64,000 nt of DNA, from the NCBI GenBank assembly GCA_964621195.1, contig CAZULJ010000004.1, positions 16,620 through 80,619 on the forward strand, in the 5' to 3' direction. Below are positions 29,561 to 39,014 of this stretch, in pieces (the first letter of the stretch is position 1; each line of letters starts with the position of its first letter). The notes beneath the pieces were generated by a model. That model did no database searches. It saw only the letters and a program-made list of their open reading frames with translations, and was not told the DNA's origin. Origin of the DNA: an uncultured Candidatus Saccharibacteria bacterium (GTDB lineage Bacteria > Patescibacteriota > Dojkabacteria > SC72). The translations under genes and the position numbers were made by a program.

Positions 29561-31003
29561 TTATATCTTCTCTATTACCTGACCAGTAGCAGTATCTAAA
29601 ACTTTGTATCCTTTTTCAGAAAGAAGATCTCTTAATCGATCAGACTCACTAAAATCTTTTCTCTCACGAGCAATCTTTCTTTCCTCTAAAAGATTTAATA
29701 TATCTTCAGATATTTCGTCCTTTTCAGTTAAAGACTCTTTTAGATTGAGACCTAGAACTTTATCAAAGTCATATACCGTAGCAAGAATATCTTCTGGTGA
29801 ATTATCAGATTTAAGTAGTTCATTTAATATTGCAAAAGATTCGGACATGTTTAAATTTTCTTCCAATGAGTGTCTGAATCTATCTACATACTCAGCAAGA
29901 ATACTTCCACTACCATCTGCAACTTTCTTTAAGGATTCGACCCTATTTACAATCTTCAACCTTGCATTTCTTGCCCCTTGCAAAGCCTCATTTGAAAATC
30001 TTAGCTTTACTCTGTAATTAACAGATACAAACAGAAATCTTAAATCAAGAGGATCAAATCCCAACTCAACAATATCTGGAAGGGTTAAAGCATCACCCTT
30101 ACTCTTGGAAAGTTTTCCCTCATCTGCATCAACGATAAATTCATTATGGACCCAATATTTAACAACAGGATGACCACATGAACCAATATTTTGTGCCCTC
30201 TCATTAGGATGATGAACAGATATATGATCAATACCTCCAGTGTGGATATCAAATCTCTCTCCTAAGTGAGATATACCCATTGCAGAACACTCAATATGCC
30301 AACCAGGGAATCCATCTCCCCAAGGGGAACTCCAATGCATCAAATGATTAGAATACTTACCTACCCTTTTCATCCAAAGTACAAAGTCTGCAGGATTTCT
30401 CTTACCAATATCTTGCTCCACCTCATCTCTAACGCCTATCTCCTTCTCATCTAGTTTTTGCCCAGTAAAGATTGTGTAATCCTCAATCTTTGTAATATCA
30501 AAATATACTGCCTGATCAGTCTCGTATGTATACCCATTCTTCTCCATCTCTTTTATCTTCTCTATCATCTCATCAACATATGAAGTAGCTCTCAACCAAC
30601 CATACGCAACAAGATCTTTCAAATCTAAATCAGGCTTTACTTCATCTCCACTTGGAGAGAGAATATTTAATTTACTAAAATCTTCTAACACCGTCTTTAT
30701 ATATTGATTCGAGATATCCAAAGGATCCTTACCACTTTGAGAAGCAGCTTTTTCAATCTTGTCCTCACCAAAATCCTCATCTTTAGTCATATGTCCAACA
30801 TCTGTGAAGTTCATAACTCTCTTTACTTCAAAACCAAGATACAAAAGAGCCCTGTGAAGTACATCCCAACTTACATATGCACGAATATTTCCAACATGCA
30901 TTCTACTGTAGACTGTTGGTCCACAGTTATACATCGATATCTTCCCCTCCTCTATTGGCACAATATCAACCACTTTTCTATCTAATGTCGAGTACAACCT
31001 CAT
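29561..31003 (-). CDS. cysS: Cysteine--tRNA ligase
   Basis: CGPTVY, HVGN, GFPGWHIECSAM, HTGGIDH, KLSKS. Confidence 0.97.
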   Translation of the reverse strand: MRLYSTLDRKVVDIVPIEEGKISMYNCGPTVYSRMHVGNIRAYVSWDVLHRALLYLGFEVKRVMNFTDVGHMTKDEDFGEDKIEKAASQSGKDPLDISNQYIKTVLEDFSKLNILSPSGDEVKPDLDLKDLVAYGWLRATSYVDEMIEKIKEMEKNGYTYETDQAVYFDITKIEDYTIFTGQKLDEKEIGVRDEVEQDIGKRNPADFVLWMKRVGKYSNHLMHWSSPWGDGFPGWHIECSAMGISHLGERFDIHTGGIDHISVHHPNERAQNIGSCGHPVVKYWVHNEFIVDADEGKLSKSKGDALTLPDIVELGFDPLDLRFLFVSVNYRVKLRFSNEALQGARNARLKIVNRVESLKKVADGSGSILAEYVDRFRHSLEENLNMSESFAILNELLKSDNSPEDILATVYDFDKVLGLNLKESLTEKDEISEDILNLLEERKIARERKDFSESDRLRDLLSEKGYKVLDTATGQVIEKI

Positions 31004-31021
31004 TTAAAAAGAAACAAAATA

Positions 31022-31648
31022 TTAAATATCTCTACGGCCCTCAAGAGCCCTCTTTAGCGTAAGTCTATCTGCATACTCTAAGTCTGCACCTGTAGGCAAA
31101 CCCATTGCTAATCTAGTAACCTTCAACTTACCATCCTTAATACTATCACTAAAAAGATCAAGGATATAGCTTGCGGTTGCTTCCCCTTCTAAGCTCGGGT
31201 TTGTAGCAACAATTAGCTCCACAATGTTTTCGGTATCTTTAATTGTGCTTAAAACCCTCCTTCTAAGATCGTCAAACCTAAGTTCGTCAGCACCAATACC
31301 CTCTGCAGGAGAAATTACACCACCAAGTACAAAATACAAACCCTCATATATTGCAGAATTCTCAAAGGCAACAACATCGAGTGGTTCCTCCACTACACAA
31401 ATCTTTGTCCTATCTCTCTTCTCATTACCACATATATCACAAATATCCTTATCTGACACATTGTAACAACTCTTACAAAACCGTGTGCTTTCATCCATAT
31501 CCAGTAATGCCTGACCAAGCTTACTCGCCTCTTTGTTGGGAGATCTAAGATAGTGGTAGGTCATTCTAGCGGCAGACTTTGGTCCAATACCTGGTAACTT
31601 GCTTAACTCATTGATAACTTTTTCTACAGAAAGTGGAAGTACAGACAT
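31022..31648 (-). CDS. recR: Recombination mediator RecR
   Basis: LPGIGPKSAAR, C4 zinc finger, ICVVEEP, ATNPSLEGEATA. Confidence 0.97.
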   Translation of the reverse strand: MSVLPLSVEKVINELSKLPGIGPKSAARMTYHYLRSPNKEASKLGQALLDMDESTRFCKSCYNVSDKDICDICGNEKRDRTKICVVEEPLDVVAFENSAIYEGLYFVLGGVISPAEGIGADELRFDDLRRRVLSTIKDTENIVELIVATNPSLEGEATASYILDLFSDSIKDGKLKVTRLAMGLPTGADLEYADRLTLKRALEGRRDI

Positions 31649-31649
31649 A

Positions 31650-31940
31650 TTAACCTAATATACTCTTCAGTTGATCAAGATCCATATCTTTTGCCATCTC
31701 TTTCTGTAAATTCTTTTGATAGTCTTTAAAAGCCTCTTTCATATCTTTCTTAAACCTATCTAACATATCAGGATCCATAAGGGTATCATCTACCCAAATA
31801 TCTTCAAACTCTTGAGCACCATTCATAAAAATCTTAAGCATTCCATCCTTAGATTCCCCAACAATTTTCTTCTCTCGCATCTTGTTCTGCATCTTCTTCG
31901 CCTCTTGTTGCATCTTTATTAGTTCAACGGGATTTAACAT
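31650..31940 (-). CDS. ybaB: YbaB/EbfC nucleoid-associated protein
   Basis: MQQEAKKMQ..GES.DGMLKIFMNG; lies between dnaX and recR. Confidence 0.85.
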   Translation of the reverse strand: MLNPVELIKMQQEAKKMQNKMREKKIVGESKDGMLKIFMNGAQEFEDIWVDDTLMDPDMLDRFKKDMKEAFKDYQKNLQKEMAKDMDLDQLKSILG

Positions 31941-31994
31941 ATGATTACTAAATCAAATTATTCTATACCGGATTATACATCAAAAAAGTATGTA

Positions 31995-33611
31995 TTACAT
32001 ACCTGCAAATATGGCATCTACATCTACAGATATCTTCTTTTTCTTAAACTCAGATTTTACCTTTTCCTCTTTTTTCTCTTCTTCTTTTTTCTTCTCAAAA
32101 ACAGGCATATTCTTCAATACAACATCTGCACAGGATTGTATTTTGGGTTTTACAGTATCATTTACTGTACAACTCACCCTACACAAGGCCCCTACTACTT
32201 CACTAATTGATGAAGATATTAGTTGCTTGCTTTGGTAGTCATCTATTTGATCCTTGTAGAATTTGAATGGAACTTCAATATTTACAAGATCTCCATCTAC
32301 ACTTGAAACCCTAGATACGCTCAGGAATGCTGAAAGAGTATTGTTAACAGGCTTTACTTTTGCAACAATATCCTTCCAACTACTCTGTATTTCCTTCTCA
32401 CTTATTACTCCAGCATCAGAGTTAACAACCTCCACTTTCTCACTTGCTTTCTCCACTATCGTAGAATCATTCTTCCTAACTACCTCTTTAACAACCTCCT
32501 TTTCAATCTTCTTCTCTTGAATAGGTTTGCTCTGAACAGCTCCATCTAAGACACAAAACTCTGGGATAAGCATTTGCATAAGGAGGGTTTGATTAGTCGT
32601 ACCCTTCAAATCTCTTTCTACCCTTAAGAAAGAAGATATTAGAGACATTAGACTTTTCTGATCAATATTCTTTGAAAAAGAGTAATTAGAAAGATCTTGA
32701 CCAGTTATCTTTGCAACAAGAACCTCTCTTAGAATCTCTAATGTATATGATACAAATTGTGGTAAGTTTGTTCCCTTACTCTCAAGTTCATCAATACATT
32801 TGAGAGCCTCTGCACTATCACCCTCAATCAAATATCTAAGGAAGGAATCTACCATATTAAATTCTGGAATACCCAACACCTGCCTTGTTTCTGATTCTGT
32901 AATTGATCGAGTATCAGAGTCTTTTGGTTGCCCATTTAGAACAACATCTAACAATGAGAGAGCATCCCTATAGCTTCCTCTAGCATTGCGAACTAGGATA
33001 TTCATTGCCTCTTTCTCAATCTTTAACTTCTCTTTTTTAACTATTTCTTCCAATGTCCTCCTTATCTCTTCATCACTTCCAAGTCTAAAATCATATCTCT
33101 GACATCTTGAAAGTATTGTTGCTGGTAACTTATGAACATCTGTAGTAGCAAGTATGAACATAATGTGTGCAGGAGGCTCCTCTAGAGTCTTTAGGAGGGC
33201 GTTGAATGCCTCATTGGTCAACATATGTACCTCATCGATAATGTAGACTTTAAAACGCCCCTCTGAGGGTGAGAACTCTATACGCTCCTTTAACTCCCTG
33301 ATCTGATCTATACCTCTGTTTGAGGCCGCATCGATCTCAATTAGATCCATGAAGGTACCTTCAGATATAGACTTGCATATATCACAATCATTGCAGGGGT
33401 TACCATCTTTAAGCGGTGTCTTACAATTCACTGCCTTTGCTAATATTCTAGCAGTACTAGTTTTACCAGTACCTCTAGAACCTACAAAAAGATATGCGTG
33501 AGCTAGTTGGTCACTTTTTACAGCATTCTTTAAAATCTTCGTGATATGATCTTGCCCAACAAGCTCGTCAAAACTCTGGGATCGATATTTTCGGTACAGG
33601 ACTGTAGACAT
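31995..33611 (-). CDS. dnaX: DNA polymerase III subunit gamma/tau
   Basis: LYRKYR, GSRGTGKT, EIDAASNRG, IIDEVHML, SRCQ. Confidence 0.97.
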   Translation of the reverse strand: MSTVLYRKYRSQSFDELVGQDHITKILKNAVKSDQLAHAYLFVGSRGTGKTSTARILAKAVNCKTPLKDGNPCNDCDICKSISEGTFMDLIEIDAASNRGIDQIRELKERIEFSPSEGRFKVYIIDEVHMLTNEAFNALLKTLEEPPAHIMFILATTDVHKLPATILSRCQRYDFRLGSDEEIRRTLEEIVKKEKLKIEKEAMNILVRNARGSYRDALSLLDVVLNGQPKDSDTRSITESETRQVLGIPEFNMVDSFLRYLIEGDSAEALKCIDELESKGTNLPQFVSYTLEILREVLVAKITGQDLSNYSFSKNIDQKSLMSLISSFLRVERDLKGTTNQTLLMQMLIPEFCVLDGAVQSKPIQEKKIEKEVVKEVVRKNDSTIVEKASEKVEVVNSDAGVISEKEIQSSWKDIVAKVKPVNNTLSAFLSVSRVSSVDGDLVNIEVPFKFYKDQIDDYQSKQLISSSISEVVGALCRVSCTVNDTVKPKIQSCADVVLKNMPVFEKKKEEEKKEEKVKSEFKKKKISVDVDAIFAGM

Positions 33612-33683
33612 AGTGGTTACATATTAAACTACAGTTAACATCCCCACAAGTAAAAAATATTTACACGGACAGAAACTCCATCT

Positions 33684-36083
33684 CTATGAACCTTTTATAG
33701 CTAGCACTGCCTCCTTAAGAAGCTGTGTATACAAACCGTAACCAATAGAGTTAATAGTACCACTCTGTTTCTTACCAAGAATATCCCCCGCCCCTCTAAT
33801 CTCTAAGTCTCTACTTGAAAGAAGAAAACCAGAACCAAGGGACTGAGACTCCTTGATTGCTTCCAAGCGCAAAGAGGAATCTCCTTTTAGAGACTCATAA
33901 AAGAAGCAAGCATACGCCCTCTTCTGCCCCCTTCCTACTCTACCTCTGATTTGGTACATCTGAGAAAGACCAAGTCTGTTAACATCATCTACTATCAAAG
34001 TATTAGCGTTAGAGATATCCAAACCATTCTCGATAATGGTTGTACAAAGAAGCACATCAATTTCACCATTGAGGAAAGAGTCCATCACATTTATTAGACG
34101 ATCCCCAGAAAGCCTCCCATGTGCCACCTGTATCTTAATATCTGGAATCATCTCTTTTATCTTCTCTTCAACAAAATATATGCTCTCAATACTGTTGTGA
34201 AGGTAGTAAACCTGTCCACCTCTTTGAATCTCTCTTAATATACACTCCTTTACCTTCTCATAACTGAAAGATGCAAATTCATTTGAAATCTCAATTCTAC
34301 CTGAGGGAGGAATGGCTAAAACAGAGATATCTCTAACGCCAAGTAGAGACATATTCAATGTCCTAGGGATTGGAGTGGCAGTCATAGAGAGGACATGGGT
34401 GTCTACTCTTCTACTCTTAAGCTTCTCCTTTTGCTTTACACCAAACTTCTGTTCTTCGTCGATAACAAAGAGACCTAAATTTTTAAATTTAACAGTATCT
34501 GCAATCAAGGCATGAGTTCCAATCAAAATATCAACCTTCCCATTTTTTAATTCCTCTAAAACCCTTTCTCTCTCTTTGTTACTCTGCAATCTTGAAAGCA
34601 CCTCTATCCTAAATGGATATTTCTTAAATCTCTTCCTAAAAACTCTTAGATGTTGATTTGCCAAAACTGTTGTAGGAGCAAGTACTGCAACCTGCATACC
34701 ATGGTTAGCTACCGCAAAGGTTGCTCTCATACCAATCTCCGTCTTTCCAAATCCAACATCTCCTACTAGTAACCTATCCATTGGACGGCCGCTACTTAGA
34801 TCTTCTGATATTTTTTTTGTAGCAAGGTATTGATCCTCGGTATCTGTAAATTTAAATTCATTTGAAAATTTCCAATACTCATCCATAGAGATGTCATCTC
34901 CCAAGATATTTATACCCTGAGAGATCTCTCTCATGGCATAGATCTGAAGAAGCTCCTTAGCAACATCTTCCACATCCTCTTTTGCTTTTGTAGATATTCT
35001 CTTCCACAGACCACTACTTAGACCCGTTAATCTAGGTTGATATTTACCACTCGCGATGTATTTCATAATCTTTGAGGATGCAGAGAATGGTATAAACAAG
35101 CGATCGTTACCGGCATAGGCAATCTCAATATATGTCCCACCCTCTCTTTCAGATACTCCAACAAATTTACCAATACCATGATCTTCATGTACAACAAAAT
35201 CCCCCGGTACTATCTTCTTTAAAATCTCAACGGATGATTGATCAATATCTTTAGACATCTTACTACTACTTAGTTCTAACTCACCTAACACCTCCCTATC
35301 TGTAAGGACTAGAAGTTTAGCTTTCTCATATACAAAGCCCTTTTTAAGAGAACTTTCTGTAACATCACTAACCTCATACACCCTATCAAACAGCTTCCTA
35401 TCACTATCAAGGATATTAACCTTAAGAATATCTTTGGATATATACCAAATCTCATAACCCCTCTTTTTGTAAATACTCAGGAACTCAGAAAAAGCTCTCT
35501 CTCGATACCCAACAGAGGGCATATTAACAAGCCTAGAGATACCAAAATCAATAGATTCTTTTAAAAGGAAAGGATCATTTACAAACCTAATCTGTAATAT
35601 ATCTACACCATTTTCATTTGATACAAAGCTACCTTCATTCTTTCTGAATATTCTAACGCTATCAACATCCTCAACCTTTTTCCTACTATCTGGCTCCACA
35701 ATTGCAATCTCCTCTATTTCTTCTCCAAAGAGGGTTAGCCTTAGAACATACTTGGAGCTAAACGGCCAGACAATATATGTATCACCCAAGACAGAAAATT
35801 CACCAGTAGACCAGACCCTTTCTACTTTTTCATACCCCAAATTCAACAGAAGTGAAGAGTCCAATCTATCTCCAACTTTTACTACAGAGCAACTTAGCTG
35901 CGTATTACTATCATATGGCAGTAAATATACAGCTTTCTTACTTACCTTACCTATTAACTCTGTAACAAACTCCTCAAAGCCAGAAGGTATATACAGGACA
36001 GTATCTGGGTCAAAACCCTTTATATCTGCTTTCTTTCCAAAATCATCAAGAAATGTTTTAATCATAACAGGTAATTCTATCAA
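33684..36083 (-). CDS. mfd: Shortened transcription-repair coupling factor
   Basis: CarD-like RID (PGDFVVHEDHGIG), GDVGFGKT, DEEQKFGV, TATPIPRT, QIRGRVGR, RDLEIRGAG; ends just after the TRG motif. Confidence 0.9.
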   Translation of the reverse strand: MIELPVMIKTFLDDFGKKADIKGFDPDTVLYIPSGFEEFVTELIGKVSKKAVYLLPYDSNTQLSCSVVKVGDRLDSSLLLNLGYEKVERVWSTGEFSVLGDTYIVWPFSSKYVLRLTLFGEEIEEIAIVEPDSRKKVEDVDSVRIFRKNEGSFVSNENGVDILQIRFVNDPFLLKESIDFGISRLVNMPSVGYRERAFSEFLSIYKKRGYEIWYISKDILKVNILDSDRKLFDRVYEVSDVTESSLKKGFVYEKAKLLVLTDREVLGELELSSSKMSKDIDQSSVEILKKIVPGDFVVHEDHGIGKFVGVSEREGGTYIEIAYAGNDRLFIPFSASSKIMKYIASGKYQPRLTGLSSGLWKRISTKAKEDVEDVAKELLQIYAMREISQGINILGDDISMDEYWKFSNEFKFTDTEDQYLATKKISEDLSSGRPMDRLLVGDVGFGKTEIGMRATFAVANHGMQVAVLAPTTVLANQHLRVFRKRFKKYPFRIEVLSRLQSNKERERVLEELKNGKVDILIGTHALIADTVKFKNLGLFVIDEEQKFGVKQKEKLKSRRVDTHVLSMTATPIPRTLNMSLLGVRDISVLAIPPSGRIEISNEFASFSYEKVKECILREIQRGGQVYYLHNSIESIYFVEEKIKEMIPDIKIQVAHGRLSGDRLINVMDSFLNGEIDVLLCTTIIENGLDISNANTLIVDDVNRLGLSQMYQIRGRVGRGQKRAYACFFYESLKGDSSLRLEAIKESQSLGSGFLLSSRDLEIRGAGDILGKKQSGTINSIGYGLYTQLLKEAVLAIKGS

Positions 36084-36124
36084 TTAAGGGTATAATTATG
36101 AAGTTAAATTGTTTTATCTACACT

Positions 36125-37333
36125 ATGTTTATTGCACACGGACCAATATCATACATTGCAAATGAAATAGTACAAAAGGAAGAGATATTGAAATTAAGCA
36201 AAGAAGAAAAGATTGGGATAGCCCTTTTTAGTATATTTTTTGGGATACTTCCTGACTTCGACCTCTTTGCATTAAGTATGACCAATATTCCTCCTTTCCA
36301 GCATCATCAGTATTTTAGTCATAGTATTCTCTTCTTCATACTGTTGTGGCTACTTCTTAGAATCTCCATATACATTGGATACCGTCTACTTAAAAGCTCC
36401 TACAAAGCAAAGGTTAGTAAAGAGTTCTTGGACATATTGCAGAAGTCCTTTTTAATAGGGGTAATGTCACACCTTCTTGCAGATATTCTCTTTTCACACT
36501 CACAGATCTTTCTACCATTAAAGTATGAGGTCACAATTTTAGGGGATCTATTCGCAAAAAACTACTTTGGGTCATATCTGTTTTCAGTATCTACGACTGT
36601 AGAAATATTCCTAGTATTAATATTTGTATATCTTTTTTACAAAAAATTTCTTAAAGAAAGCTCTCTCTTTCTCTACGGAATATACACACTACTTGGGATA
36701 TCCTTTGTAATGATTCTTTTCAATATGTATATGAACAGGAATCTCTACAACAAATCAACACTAAGAGAGAATGGATTAATTGTATATGATGCAGATTACG
36801 ACTCACTAATAGATTACAAGGACAAGGATACAGATAACGATGGTATCGGTAACATTGAAGAGGCAGATAGGTATAGACTCAAAGAGGATGCAAGAAAGAT
36901 CCTAGAAGGAGAGTACATGACAGTTGGTAGTAATGGATATTGGAGTAGTGTAAAAGAGATGTATGGGGCTTTTAATTCATACAGATTAATATCTCAGGTT
37001 TTTTTTAATCAAAATACCCCCATAGAGCCTGTATTACAAGATTATGCAAGAACTGAATACAATATTAATGATTACACTGTTTCCCAAAAGTATGCAGATT
37101 TACTGTATATGTATATGAACAACCATACAAGGTTAAAAGATTTCGATGTAAATGTAGAGCAAGGGAAATTGTTCTTTGTTCTTGATGAGAGTGAAAACCT
37201 TGTAAATATGGGTATCGTACTTAGCAATGATGAGGTCGGAATAATACTACCTGATGATACAAGAACATCTATTCACAAGACAGAAGACATACTATCAAGA
37301 TACAATGGGTTTACTTTGAAGGTAGAAAGGTAA
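36125..37333 (+). CDS. YdjM-like membrane metal-dependent hydrolase fused to DxDxDG repeats and an extracellular domain
   Basis: AHG..LPDFD..HHQYFSHS..SHLLAD, multiple TMs, DADYDSLIDYKDKDTDNDGIGN. Confidence 0.7.
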   Translation: MFIAHGPISYIANEIVQKEEILKLSKEEKIGIALFSIFFGILPDFDLFALSMTNIPPFQHHQYFSHSILFFILLWLLLRISIYIGYRLLKSSYKAKVSKEFLDILQKSFLIGVMSHLLADILFSHSQIFLPLKYEVTILGDLFAKNYFGSYLFSVSTTVEIFLVLIFVYLFYKKFLKESSLFLYGIYTLLGISFVMILFNMYMNRNLYNKSTLRENGLIVYDADYDSLIDYKDKDTDNDGIGNIEEADRYRLKEDARKILEGEYMTVGSNGYWSSVKEMYGAFNSYRLISQVFFNQNTPIEPVLQDYARTEYNINDYTVSQKYADLLYMYMNNHTRLKDFDVNVEQGKLFFVLDESENLVNMGIVLSNDEVGIILPDDTRTSIHKTEDILSRYNGFTLKVER

Positions 37334-37868
37334 CGATCTCCTCTATTGAGGATGATATCGCTTCTCTGAGAGAGTCAGTCTCATCCTGGGTATATTTCAT
37401 AAGGACGTAATCCTTCCCAGGGATCTTCCTATCTCCCCTATCCTCTATACCTATTCTTACTCTTGTAAAATCTTCACGGCCAAGGGTACCCTCCACACTT
37501 ATAACCCCGTTATGCCCATTTGGTGACTTTCCTTCCTGTATTTTGTATTTACCCAATTCAATGTCTAGGTCATCATGAGCTAGTATGAACCTCTCGAACT
37601 TAAACTTTTCAGAGATTGATCTAACTGCTAGACCAGATCTGTTCATGTATGTAAGTGGTTTTTGTAATATACATACTAATTCTCCATCCTTTTTTATCTT
37701 ACAAATTTCTGAAAAAAAGAGTTTACCTTCATCTTCCCAATCTGAGACCTGCAATCTTCCCTCCCCTTTCATTCTTTCTCTCAACATCTCCACAAAAAGA
37801 AAACCGGCATTATGCGGTGTATTCTCATACTCTTTACCTGTATTTCCCAACCCAGTTATTAACAACAT
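37311..37868 (-). CDS. pth: Peptidyl-tRNA hydrolase
   Basis: GLGN.G.EY.NTPHNAGF, KPLTYMNRSG, HDDLD, GHNG. Confidence 0.96.
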   Translation of the reverse strand: MLLITGLGNTGKEYENTPHNAGFLFVEMLRERMKGEGRLQVSDWEDEGKLFFSEICKIKKDGELVCILQKPLTYMNRSGLAVRSISEKFKFERFILAHDDLDIELGKYKIQEGKSPNGHNGVISVEGTLGREDFTRVRIGIEDRGDRKIPGKDYVLMKYTQDETDSLREAISSSIEEIVTFLPSK

Positions 37869-38305
37869 ATCTTCTTGTACTTTAAAAGTAATTCTTCCTG
37901 CAAGAGAAACATTTCCTCATTTGGAGAGTCATTCATACTCTCTGTGTGATCATATCCTAATATATGCAATGTACCATGAACTATCAACCTTAAAATTTCT
38001 TCCTCAAAACTTTCTCCTTGGAAACTTCTATATACATACTCCGGTGAAATATATATTTCACCATTCTTCCCCTCCTCATCTATATTGAAAGAGAGTACAT
38101 CTGTAGGTGCATCTATATCTCTGTATTGAAGATTTAAGTCTTGAATATATTCATCCTTTACAAAAATGATATTTACATCCTCCACAGGATATTCTGAAAA
38201 AAGTTTCAGAAAGCCCTTTGAGATTTCATCTAAAGAGATATTAAAGGTTGGTTCTACCTCTGTAAGTAAATCTGTATTGAATATTTCAACTGATATATTT
38301 CCCAT
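37859..38305 (-). CDS. ybeY: rRNA maturation endoribonuclease YbeY
   Basis: LNLQYR..DAPTDVLSF, HGTLHILGYDH. Confidence 0.96.
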   Translation of the reverse strand: MGNISVEIFNTDLLTEVEPTFNISLDEISKGFLKLFSEYPVEDVNIIFVKDEYIQDLNLQYRDIDAPTDVLSFNIDEEGKNGEIYISPEYVYRSFQGESFEEEILRLIVHGTLHILGYDHTESMNDSPNEEMFLLQEELLLKYKKICC

Positions 38306-38748
38306 TAAGAGAGTAATTTTTGAACGATTTCCCTAACTACATTTCCATCTGCCTTACCATTTAGCTCTTTCATCACCATACCCATCACTTTTCCCATTTC
38401 TCTTTGATCTTTTGCCCCACTCTCTGTGATAACTTTCTTTACAACAGTCTCTACCTGAGTAGCATCCATCAGTGCAGGTAAATATCTTTTTAAAACTTCT
38501 AGCTGATTCTTTTCTTTTTCTAGGAGATCCTCTCTTCCCATTTTTGTAAACTCTGTGATTGAGTCTTCAACCTTTTTACTTTCTCTTCTTAGTACCTTAA
38601 CAACCTCCTCATCTGTTAATTTCTCACCCTTTGAAATTTCCTCATTCTTAACAGTTGCCAAAACCATCTTGAGAATATCAGATTCTGAAGAATTCCCAAT
38701 CTTACTAGCATTAAACATATCTTTACGGATATCTTCTACAAGAGACAT
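38305..38748 (-). CDS. yqeY: GatB/YqeY domain protein
   Basis: GREDL..E..VL.RYLP, MGKVMG, GKADG; follows rpsU. Confidence 0.92.
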   Translation of the reverse strand: MSLVEDIRKDMFNASKIGNSSESDILKMVLATVKNEEISKGEKLTDEEVVKVLRRESKKVEDSITEFTKMGREDLLEKEKNQLEVLKRYLPALMDATQVETVVKKVITESGAKDQREMGKVMGMVMKELNGKADGNVVREIVQKLLS

Positions 38749-38765
38749 ATGAAAAAAGTAAAAAT

Positions 38766-38966
38766 TTACTTAGCTCTTCTTCTAGCAGATCTTCTTCTTC
38801 TCTTCATCTTAGCCCACTCCCTTCTCTTTTGAATATCAAGATCAGCTTCCTTTACTCTATATACTTTCTCTCTGTATGTTTCAAGGATCTTCTCTCTCAT
38901 AACTTCTCTGTGAAGCCTTTTGAGTGCACTATCTATATTTTCATTGGCATGAACTATAACTGCCAT
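38766..38966 (-). CDS. rpsU: 30S ribosomal protein bS21
   Basis: ENIDSALKR, basic C-terminus, rpsU-yqeY synteny. Confidence 0.92.
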   Translation of the reverse strand: MAVIVHANENIDSALKRLHREVMREKILETYREKVYRVKEADLDIQKRREWAKMKRRRRSARRRAK

Positions 38967-39007
38967 GAGGTTTACCTCCTTTAAATTAAAGCGACTGGAT
39001 TATATCA
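38967..39007 (-). promoter_or_regulatory. rpsU extended -10 promoter and strong, hairpin-occluded Shine-Dalgarno
   Basis: TGATATAAT (39007-38999); AAAGGAGGT-AAACCTC-ATG, in which GAGG-TAAA-CCTC can pair. Confidence 0.75.
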
Positions 39008-39014
39008 CACAATT

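Noticed and set aside
31995-33611. Programmed -1 frameshift in dnaX (gamma subunit)
   Set aside because: In the Lys/Glu-rich A-runs inspected there is no in-frame A-AAA-AAG heptamer with a downstream hairpin.
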